Shown piece after piece: positions 6,989-13,813 of a stretch of 32,000 nucleotides of DNA. How positions within the stretch are numbered: the stretch's first letter is position 1; each line of letters begins with the position of its first letter. The stretch covers positions 13,863-45,862 of the forward strand of contig JBFWNL010000004.1 of the NCBI GenBank assembly GCA_050251055.1, given 5' to 3'. The position numbers and the translations under genes are program-made. Source of the stretch: Bacteriovoracia bacterium (GTDB lineage: Bacteria; Bdellovibrionota; UBA1018; JBFWNL01). The notes beneath the pieces are model-generated. The model was not told the origin of the DNA. It ran no database searches and saw only the letters and a list, made by a program, of their open reading frames with translations.

Positions 6989-7822
6989 TTAGACTAACTT
7001 GAGAGCTTGAGTCGGAGCGTTGTTGGCTTGGGCCAAGATCGAAACGCCCGCGGTCTGGAGAATGTTCTCGCGGACCAGTTCGGAAGTTTCCTCGGCGAGC
7101 TCCGTATCCGTCACGCGCGACCGGGCTTGCGCCAGGTTTTCACGAGTCACGCCCAGGTTATTCACCGTGGCTTGGAGCTTGTTCTGCATCGCGCCCATGC
7201 GAGCGCGAGCTCCGTTCACGCGAGCCAAGGCCTCGTCGATGGAGTTGAGGCCGCCGCGGGCGTCTTCGATGCTCGCGGTGCTCAAACCTTCGATGCCCAG
7301 GCTGCTGGCCCGAACGTCGGCTTCGGTCGTGTCGAAGGTAATACGGTCCGCTTCGTCGCTACGCGTACCGACTTGGAACTCAAGCGAGGATTTCTCGGCT
7401 TGGGCGTTCAACAGCGGGGTGCCGTTGAAGTTGGTCACGTTCGCGATGCGGTCCACTTCCTTGGTCAAGCTTTGGAATTCTTGGTCGATGAAGCCGCGCT
7501 CGCGATCACCGATGGTGTCGGAAGCCGCTTGGATCGACAATTCGCGCAGACGGATGAGGATGTTGGAGATTTCCGACATCCCGCCTTCCGCGACCTGGAC
7601 GAAGGAAATGCCGTCGTTCGCATTCCGTTCCGCCTGGCGCATCGAGCGAATCTGCCCGCGCAGGTTTTCCGCAATCGAGAGACCTGCGGCGTCGTCGGCC
7701 GCGGTCGCGATACGGTTACCAGACGCAATACGCGTATAGTGTCTGGCCTGTTGTTGGCTGGTATTATTGAGTACGCGTTGCGCCGAAATCGACGCAACGT
7801 TCGTTGCTATTCTTAAGCCCAT
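6989..7822 (-). CDS. fliC: Flagellin
   Basis: 277 aa. It has canonical flagellin N- and C-termini: MGLRIATNVASISAQR...AADDAAGLSIAENLRGQIRSMRQAERNANDGISFVQVAEGG and ...ENILQTAGVSILAQANNAPTQALKLV. GAGGGAG lies upstream of the ATG. Confidence 0.95.
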   Translation of the reverse strand: MGLRIATNVASISAQRVLNNTSQQQARHYTRIASGNRIATAADDAAGLSIAENLRGQIRSMRQAERNANDGISFVQVAEGGMSEISNILIRLRELSIQAASDTIGDRERGFIDQEFQSLTKEVDRIANVTNFNGTPLLNAQAEKSSLEFQVGTRSDEADRITFDTTEADVRASSLGIEGLSTASIEDARGGLNSIDEALARVNGARARMGAMQNKLQATVNNLGVTRENLAQARSRVTDTELAEETSELVRENILQTAGVSILAQANNAPTQALKLV

Positions 7823-8087
7823 GATGAAACTCCCTCAGATGGAGATCTCCGACCCCCGCCCTTCGGGCATGCTTTCGCCTGCGCGAACGAGGTAAGTTCG
7901 TGCAGAGCCCGCGCCGTAAGCGAGTCCGGAAATTTATGTTGTGACGTCTGAGTTGGGAGAGGCTACCGCAGGGAAGAGGAATCCCACCCCCTCCAACAGC
8001 GGGGCAGATTCCAAGAGAGAACTTCAGATACAACAGTCGCCAGACGTATTCGTCATCAGAAGGCCCATCCTTCCGCTGACACTATAC

Positions 8088-8114
8088 CTATCGACGACCG
8101 TCAAAAATACTTGA
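8088..8114 (-). promoter_or_regulatory. Sigma-28 (FliA)-type promoter of the downstream flagellin gene
   Basis: The minus strand reads TCAAGTAT (8114-8107), N11, GTCGATAG (8095-8088). Each element matches the consensus at 6/8 with optimal spacing. The site lies ~260 nt upstream of ATG 7822. Confidence 0.55.
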
Positions 8115-8311
8115 GTACAAAATACAACTATTCGTACTTTTTTTCCACACTGTTAAGACCCACCCAGGTTTCACCCCAGAGGGGACTCAGTCAAACGATC
8201 CCAGTTCAGCGATGGGCGGGGTTAGGGGGGACCGCCCCCAAGCGGTGTCTCTGCCGCCAGGAAACGATCCCCCGATAACTCACCCTCAGCAATCGGGAAG
8301 TTCTCTAAAAA

Positions 8312-9142
8312 TTAGAGAAGCTTCAGAGCCGATTCGCTGTTGTGGTTCGCTTGACTGAGGACTGCGACACCTGCCGTGGACAGGATGTTGGACTTGGTCA
8401 ACTCGCTGACTTCCGTCGCCATATCCACGTCGTAGATCTGGCTGCGCGCCGCCGAGAGATTCTCGTCGTAGATGCGCAAGTTGTTGACCGTCGCTTGCAG
8501 TCGGTTCTGAAGCGCACCCATTTCGGCGCGATTCTCAGTCAGGACCTTGATGCCCATGTCGATCTTCTCGAGGTTGTTCTGGGCGGATTCTTTCGAAGCC
8601 ACCGTCATACCTTGGACCCCAAGGCGATCGGACGTGGTGTTGATTTTGGCCGTGTCGTAGACGAAGCGGTCTTCGCCCGGAATGTTGTTCAGACCCACTT
8701 GGACTTCCAACGGGGAACCTTCCCCAGTCAAGAGCTTGCGCCCGTTGAATTCCGTGGACCGAGAGATCCGGTCGATTTCACCGGTCATCGCTTGCACTTC
8801 TTTGTCGATGAAGCCGCGCTCCGTATCACCGATGGTGTCGGAAGCCGCTTGAATCGACAATTCGCGCAGGCGAATCATGATGTTCCCGATTTCATTCATG
8901 CCGCCTTCGGCCGTCTGAATGAGCGAGATACCGTCGTTAGCGTTGCGAACGTCCTGCCGCATGGAGCGGATTTGCGCGCGCATGCCTTCGGAGATCGCCA
9001 AGCCCGCGGCGTCATCGGCCGCGCGGGTAATGCGAGAACCCGAAGCCAACTTTTCCTGCGAGCGCTTTACAGAGTCATTCGATTGATTCAAATGACGTTG
9101 AGCACCTAACGATTGAACGTTAGTAGATACACGTAGACCCAT
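8312..9142 (-). CDS. fliC: Flagellin (second tandem paralog)
   Basis: The track ORF (8312-9205) is trimmed to the internal ATG at 9142. The product then begins MGLRVSTNVQSLGAQR, collinear with the first flagellin (start codons exactly 1320 nt apart). The C-terminus is SNILSTAGVAVLSQANHNSESALKLL. Confidence 0.95.
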   Translation of the reverse strand: MGLRVSTNVQSLGAQRHLNQSNDSVKRSQEKLASGSRITRAADDAAGLAISEGMRAQIRSMRQDVRNANDGISLIQTAEGGMNEIGNIMIRLRELSIQAASDTIGDTERGFIDKEVQAMTGEIDRISRSTEFNGRKLLTGEGSPLEVQVGLNNIPGEDRFVYDTAKINTTSDRLGVQGMTVASKESAQNNLEKIDMGIKVLTENRAEMGALQNRLQATVNNLRIYDENLSAARSQIYDVDMATEVSELTKSNILSTAGVAVLSQANHNSESALKLL

Positions 9143-9346
9143 ACATACACCCCCATCATGAGCCCGACGGTCAGCGCACGAACGAGCCGCGCCCTCTGCG
9201 GTCATCCGCGGAAAGCGTACAGTTTCGCCCGAGCGCCTAGGCCGCGCCCCGATAGTTACTATTCAGTTGTGACGGGATTTGCTGTACCCCGTCGGAAGTT
9301 TGACGAAGCGAGACCCATTCTCACTCCTGCACCCTTCCTACTGACT

Positions 9347-9373
9347 AGATCGGTCGGATATTGATTTACTTTA
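9347..9373 (-). promoter_or_regulatory. Sigma-28 (FliA)-type promoter of the upstream flagellin gene
   Basis: The minus strand reads TAAAGTAA (9373-9366), N11, ACCGATCT (9354-9347). The consensus is TAAAGTTT-N11-GCCGATAA. Spacing is optimal, and the site lies ~200 nt upstream of ATG 9142. Confidence 0.65.
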
Positions 9374-9428
9374 GACTTTTTTACTCAGGTATTACGGCCT
9401 ATCTACCACAAATGGGCACATATCTAAT

Positions 9429-10484
9429 TCATTGTTTTATCTTAGATATTTTATTGGCCGCCTCATAGGGGTCGATCTTTCGCTGGACAAGCCGAGTCAC
9501 CAGCTTTTTACCCGGCGCACCAGCAAATGTGTTTTCGACCTTTTTTTGAAGTTTTTCAGTCAGGATATCTAGGGTCTCATTTTTTAGGAACTCTTCGAGC
9601 CGGCGGGTTCGTAGCCCGCTCCGGGTAAGGTAGGCCTGGTGCTGGTCGACAGCCCCGAGGAGGTCATCTATCCCCTCGTTTTCGACCGCCTTGGTCTTTT
9701 GAACCGGAATCTCCCAATGGGAGGACTGGCGGCCCGCCCCTTCCGTGTCCACCCCGGCATCCGTCGGGGCGTCTGCTAGGGTGTCTGCCATAGAGTCCGT
9801 TAGAGCGACCATGTTCTTGAGCTCTTTCACGAGCTTCTCGGCCTCAGGTCGGTCACTTTTATTCACGACGAAGACATCGGCGATCTCCATCAAACCCGCC
9901 TTCATCACCTGGATCGAGTCACCGCTCTCGGGCACGAGCGTGACGATCACCGTCTGCGCGAGCCTCAAAATATCGAGCTCGGTCTGCCCCACGCCCGCGG
10001 TTTCCACGAGCACGACATCGAAGCCAGCCGCATCCAATAAAAGCACCACTTCCTTCGTCGCATGGGAAAGCCCGCCATGTTTGCCGCGCGTGCCGAGCGA
10101 GCGAATATACACGCCCCTATCGCCGTAGTGCTGCTGCATGCGGATGCGGTCACCTAAAATGGCGCCGCCCGAAAATGGGCTCGAGGGATCCACGGCGACG
10201 ATCGCGACGCGCTTACCTTGCTTGCGCAGACGCACGGTCAGCTTATCGACCAAGGTGGACTTACCCGCGCCCGGCGGCCCCGTGATTCCCCAGACCTGCG
10301 CGCGGCCGGTTTTGGAAAACAGCATGCGAATGATTTCCGGCAGATCCTGGTCGCGGTTCTCGATCTTGGAAATGAGACGCGCTAGCGAAAGCCGATGACC
10401 GTCCATCATCTTCGAAACCAGCTCCGAGACGGCCGGCTTCTTCCGAATTTTCTGGGTTTTACCTGGACGAGCCATTACCCCCAA
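9429..10484 (-). CDS. meaB: MeaB/ArgK-type G3E GTPase (methylmalonyl-CoA mutase accessory GTPase family)
   Basis: 351 aa. It has the P-loop GITGPPGAGKSTL, then AVDPSSPFSGGAILGDRIRM, VLVETAGVGQ and VVNKSDR, the characteristic MeaB/ArgK order. The start may be TTG 10484 or ATG 10475. Confidence 0.85.
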   Translation of the reverse strand: MGVMARPGKTQKIRKKPAVSELVSKMMDGHRLSLARLISKIENRDQDLPEIIRMLFSKTGRAQVWGITGPPGAGKSTLVDKLTVRLRKQGKRVAIVAVDPSSPFSGGAILGDRIRMQQHYGDRGVYIRSLGTRGKHGGLSHATKEVVLLLDAAGFDVVLVETAGVGQTELDILRLAQTVIVTLVPESGDSIQVMKAGLMEIADVFVVNKSDRPEAEKLVKELKNMVALTDSMADTLADAPTDAGVDTEGAGRQSSHWEIPVQKTKAVENEGIDDLLGAVDQHQAYLTRSGLRTRRLEEFLKNETLDILTEKLQKKVENTFAGAPGKKLVTRLVQRKIDPYEAANKISKIKQ

Positions 10485-10564
10485 TTTCTAGGGTGTTTCG
10501 GCCGAAAAGGCAAACTTATGGATAACCGCGCGCACTTTCAGGCAGCTAACTCCATCTCACAAAA

Positions 10565-11584
10565 CTAAAAAACCTGCTGAAACGTCGGCTCGGCGGGAGC
10601 CGCCTCTTTATTTGATTTTACTGGGGGTTTCGCGCCGGCCGGAGCGCGCGACGGGGCCGGGGGCACGATGGCGGCGGCCTTTTCACCCACGCCTAGGCTT
10701 TTCTCCGCCTCGCCACCCGGGGGCGGGGGGAGCGCGGGGGCGGCTGGGGTCTCGGCCGTGTTCATGGCGGCGTTAGCCGGACCAGACGTGGGAACGCCCG
10801 GGGCGGGAGTCGATTCGGGCGGCGCCGGCGCATCGAAATCCATCGCGAACGCTTTTTCCTTCTCTTCCTTCGCCTTGGCTTCCGCTTCTTTTTTCTTGGC
10901 GAGCTCAATTTCCGCCAGGCGCTTCGGTTCCATGATCGCGTACTTATCCAAAACGGAACCTTGCTCCTCGTCCCGGCGCGCGAGCGAGAACGGATTCTGA
11001 ACCTCTTCGACCAGCTCCTTGGACATGGCCGGGCCGACGAGCACGCGGCGGTAGAAAACATACTCGCTGATCATGCGATACTGCTTGATCGCCCAGCGTA
11101 GGTAGCGGGGGTCTTTGTATTCCGCGCGAAAAGCGCGGGAAATCGGCGTGAGGAAATCGAACGTCTCGAGCACGGCTTTCTGGCGCTCTTCGACATAAAA
11201 TGATTGTGAAAGACGCTCCTGCAGCTTGCGAATTTTATGGAAGAAGCACCAGTGATACTTCACCGCATCCTGCTGCACGAGCTCGCGCGCGCCCTTGAAA
11301 ACTTCTTCCTTGCTGTTCGTCGCCGTCTGCAGCTTCTTAAAATTTTCGTCGCAGTTCTCGAGATCCTTGGCCACCGGCGCTTCCTTCCGAATGAAGAGCG
11401 CGTTCAAATCACCGATGTCGTAGGTCTCGGGATAGGGGACCTGCACAAAGCCGGGAACTTCCGGTAGCGGCTCCATCGGGCGCACTTCCTGCGTGCCGCA
11501 ACCCGCGGTCAAACCGAGCGCGACGGCGCCGAGGCCAATGAGCCCGAGCCGAAGGTGGGTGGAAGTTTGACGCTTCATAGACAC
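10565..11584 (-). CDS. Lipoprotein, unknown function, with Pro/Ala/Lys/Glu-rich C-terminal tail
   Basis: 339 aa. The signal peptide carries a lipobox (LGLIGLGAVALGLTAGC). The C-terminal third is low complexity (KKKEAEAKAKEEKEK...PAPPESTPAPG...). Confidence 0.7.
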   Translation of the reverse strand: MSMKRQTSTHLRLGLIGLGAVALGLTAGCGTQEVRPMEPLPEVPGFVQVPYPETYDIGDLNALFIRKEAPVAKDLENCDENFKKLQTATNSKEEVFKGARELVQQDAVKYHWCFFHKIRKLQERLSQSFYVEERQKAVLETFDFLTPISRAFRAEYKDPRYLRWAIKQYRMISEYVFYRRVLVGPAMSKELVEEVQNPFSLARRDEEQGSVLDKYAIMEPKRLAEIELAKKKEAEAKAKEEKEKAFAMDFDAPAPPESTPAPGVPTSGPANAAMNTAETPAAPALPPPPGGEAEKSLGVGEKAAAIVPPAPSRAPAGAKPPVKSNKEAAPAEPTFQQVF

Positions 11585-11781
11585 TGTCTCCAGTAGTCCT
11601 ATCGGAAACCTGACTAGGCGAGTAAACTACCTTAATAATTTTTTGACGCTATAAAAGCTCTATTAAGTCCACGCATTAGCCGCTCGACGGCGAAAATCGC
11701 CAGTTCTACACCAGCGTCAAAGCTCGGCAATCATTCAGGAATCAAGAAGATCAGCGGGCTTACCGAAAAAGAAAATGAGGA

Positions 11782-13017
11782 ATGGTGCCCATGAAGGCCT
11801 GGTTCGTACTACTCACGATCATTAATACAGGTTCCGCGTTCGCGGCGGATCCTCCTACGTCAGCCGCGCCCGCGCCTTCCGCCTCTTCGCCGGCCGCCGC
11901 GACCACGCCGCCCCCGGCTTCCGGCACTACCCAAGCGACGACGGCGAATCCCACGGGAAATCCGAATCAAGGCAAGCCGACGCAATCGACGTTCGCGCCG
12001 GCCGCCGACAAAGATCAAAAGACGCGCAACTTCTATCAGGTGCTCGAAGACGTGATGGGCGATTTCGAATACGACCTAAAAAATGGACAGGTACGCGGCG
12101 TAAAAGATGTTTCCATCCGCGCTATCGCCACGAGCGAGAACGTGCCGCCTTCATTCAAACGCCAGCTCGAGATCTTGCTCACCGAGCGCGTGATCAAGAA
12201 TACGCAAAGCCGCGTGATCCAGTGCCTGCCTTGCCAATCGAAAAAAGCCACCTTGAGCGGCGACAACGTCGTGATCTCTTCCAACGAGCACAACGCGGTC
12301 GAGCTCGCGCGCCTGGCGAAAATCCACGGCATCGCTAGCTATATGGACGTGGCGTTCTCGTACCAGCCCACGGGGCTGTTGCTCTCGATCGCCATCATGG
12401 ACGCCGAGAATAGCGCCATCCTGTGGTCGCGCAGCTACAATTCGGAAACCTCACGCGCCGAGGCCTTCCGCCGTGGCGTGGACTACACGCAGGTCGACGA
12501 GGCCCGCCGCAAGGAAAGTTACGAGCCCACCACGCAATACCGCCCGACTTTGTATTATCTCTTCGAGAAGGACATCAGCTCTTACAGCGGGATGCTCGGG
12601 CTCGGTTTCCGCATGGTGGAGCGCTATGACAATCGGAAAAAAGAAGTCGGCTTCGAAATCAACTACCTGCTCAGTACGTCGACGCTCACCGGCGGCTCCG
12701 CCACTGCCACCACTACCCCGAGCGTGTACGGGGGGTTTAATGTCACGATGCTCTTCGTGCACGCATGGAACTTCATCGGGGATCTGGAAAACTACAACAA
12801 ACCGCGCGGAAGCATCTCGGTCGGCCTGGGCGGCACTTATTCGTCGGGTTTTTTGGGAGCGCTGCTTCGCACGGGTTACGAGTGGCGTTTGGGCAAGCAT
12901 TGGGCGGTTACGGCGATCCTAGGTTACCGACCGCCGTCCACCGCGTTTATTTCAGGAAGTGAAGCTGGCTCCGTTTCGGGGCTGGAGTTTGGAGTGGGGA
13001 TTAGTGCGTTACTTTAA
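11782..13017 (+). CDS. Exported protein: signal peptide, P/A/T-rich linker, alpha/beta domain, beta-strand-rich C-terminal half (possible outer-membrane barrel)
   Basis: 411 aa. The signal peptide is MKAWFVLLTIINTGSAFA/ADP, and the start could be ATG 11791, which has GAGG 10 nt upstream. The C-terminal 170 aa have alternating hydrophobic/aromatic strands (LGLGFRMVERY, VGFEINYLLS, GFNVTMLFVHAW, ISVGLGGTYS, GYEWRLGKHWAVTAILGY). No family was recognised. Confidence 0.65.
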   Translation: MVPMKAWFVLLTIINTGSAFAADPPTSAAPAPSASSPAAATTPPPASGTTQATTANPTGNPNQGKPTQSTFAPAADKDQKTRNFYQVLEDVMGDFEYDLKNGQVRGVKDVSIRAIATSENVPPSFKRQLEILLTERVIKNTQSRVIQCLPCQSKKATLSGDNVVISSNEHNAVELARLAKIHGIASYMDVAFSYQPTGLLLSIAIMDAENSAILWSRSYNSETSRAEAFRRGVDYTQVDEARRKESYEPTTQYRPTLYYLFEKDISSYSGMLGLGFRMVERYDNRKKEVGFEINYLLSTSTLTGGSATATTTPSVYGGFNVTMLFVHAWNFIGDLENYNKPRGSISVGLGGTYSSGFLGALLRTGYEWRLGKHWAVTAILGYRPPSTAFISGSEAGSVSGLEFGVGISALL

Positions 13018-13813
13018 GGAAGCGATACACACCACCCGGGCAAGCCGGGCCGTACGAGGCGCAGCGCTCACGCTGCTGGCCGTCGTGTGTGCCGCGTTTC
13101 CCCAAGGCTGCGCCTCCATGAAGAACGCTCTAGGCTTAAACAACAATCAGCAGGAACCTTCGAAACCCATCGAAGACCCGTTTGGAAACTTCTACGAAGC
13201 GGCCAAGCACCGCAACGAAAATGTGATTTTACGCACGAAAAAAGGTGACCGCTCCATTGAGGTGGAGATGCCTTCGCGCGGTGAAGAGCAGCTCGCCGAT
13301 CTGGTGGTCCCGATGTCGCCCCAGTTCGCCGACACCGGCTCCGGCCGCGGCCCCGCCTCAACGGGGGACGGCTACGGCCTGGACGCGAAGTACCAGGAGC
13401 AACGGCCTGGCCTTACGGACCGCGAAATCGCCCAGAGCATGCCCCAAGGCAGCCCGGAAATGGCCGGGAAACGCAGCGAAATCGAAGAGGGTTTGGGCCT
13501 GGTGGGCGCCGACGATTCCGCCCCCGAAAACGATAAGAGTTATCTGGCCGCGATCGACTACATTAAGCAGCTCTATAAGAGCCGGCGTTACGAGGCGGCG
13601 CTCATCGAGATCGATCGCATGCTCCCTCGCTATCCGACGGACGCGAAGCTCTATGAGATGCGCGGGACCCTGCTCGCGAAGCTGGGCTACGAAGATCTAG
13701 CGATGAAGTCGTGGGAGCAAGCCCTGTCCCTGAACCCGCGTAACAAGTCGTTAGCCAAGTTTCTGCAAGCCCGGAAGGATCCATTGAGAAGGGGGACGGC
13801 GTCATCGCCCTAA
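13004..13813 (+). CDS. Exported TPR-repeat protein
   Basis: The track ORF starts at GTG 12959. I prefer GTG 13004, which has GGAG at 12991-12994, 9 nt upstream. That gives RASRAVRGAALTLLAVVCAAFPQGCAS as a signal peptide (cleaved or lipid-anchored at C). The C-terminus holds TPR units (YLAAIDYIKQLYKSRRYEAALIEIDRMLPRYPTDAKLYEMRGTLLAKLGYEDLAMKSWEQALSLNP). The stop overlaps the next start (TAATG 13811-13815). Confidence 0.7.
   Translation: MRYFKEAIHTTRASRAVRGAALTLLAVVCAAFPQGCASMKNALGLNNNQQEPSKPIEDPFGNFYEAAKHRNENVILRTKKGDRSIEVEMPSRGEEQLADLVVPMSPQFADTGSGRGPASTGDGYGLDAKYQEQRPGLTDREIAQSMPQGSPEMAGKRSEIEEGLGLVGADDSAPENDKSYLAAIDYIKQLYKSRRYEAALIEIDRMLPRYPTDAKLYEMRGTLLAKLGYEDLAMKSWEQALSLNPRNKSLAKFLQARKDPLRRGTASSP

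Noticed and set aside
8271-8278. Plus-strand CCCGATAA resembling a sigma-28 -10 element
   Set aside because: There is no TAAA-type -35 at the right spacing and no plus-strand gene downstream. It lies just past the 3' end of the minus-strand flagellin 2 gene.
8301-8319. Hairpin TTCTCTAA-aaa-TTAGAGAA spanning the flagellin 2 stop codon
   Set aside because: The stem is AU-rich and 8 bp long with a 3-nt loop, and no U-tail follows on the transcribed strand. It is too weak to call a terminator.
7007-9109. Long plus-strand ORFs (7007-7816, 7020-7739, 8342-9109) and alternate-frame minus ORFs over the flagellin genes
   Set aside because: They are antisense or alternate-frame shadows of the two high-confidence flagellin genes. 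They contain no recognisable motifs.
9143-9205. 21-codon N-terminal extension of flagellin 2 given by the ORF track
   Set aside because: Flagellins start at MGLR..., and the internal ATG 9142 is collinear with flagellin 1. The extension (MTAEGAARSCADRRAHDGGVC) lies within the predicted leader.
10496-10507. Palindrome TTTCGGCCGAAA between the lipoprotein gene and meaB
   Set aside because: As an RNA hairpin it leaves only a 4-bp stem, and it has no flanking promoter or terminator features.
11585-11781. Search for a promoter (sigma-70, sigma-28 or sigma-54) upstream of the motor cluster
   Set aside because: TTGACG (11643-11648) and TATAAA (11650-11655) exist, but neither has a partner element at acceptable spacing. 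No TGGCAC-N5-TTGC or TAAA-N15-GCCGATAA match was found, so no call is made.
12959-13003. GTG 12959 as start of the exported TPR protein
   Set aside because: It would add 15 residues overlapping the previous gene by 59 nt. GTG 13004 has a GGAG at proper spacing and yields a normal signal peptide. This is not certain.
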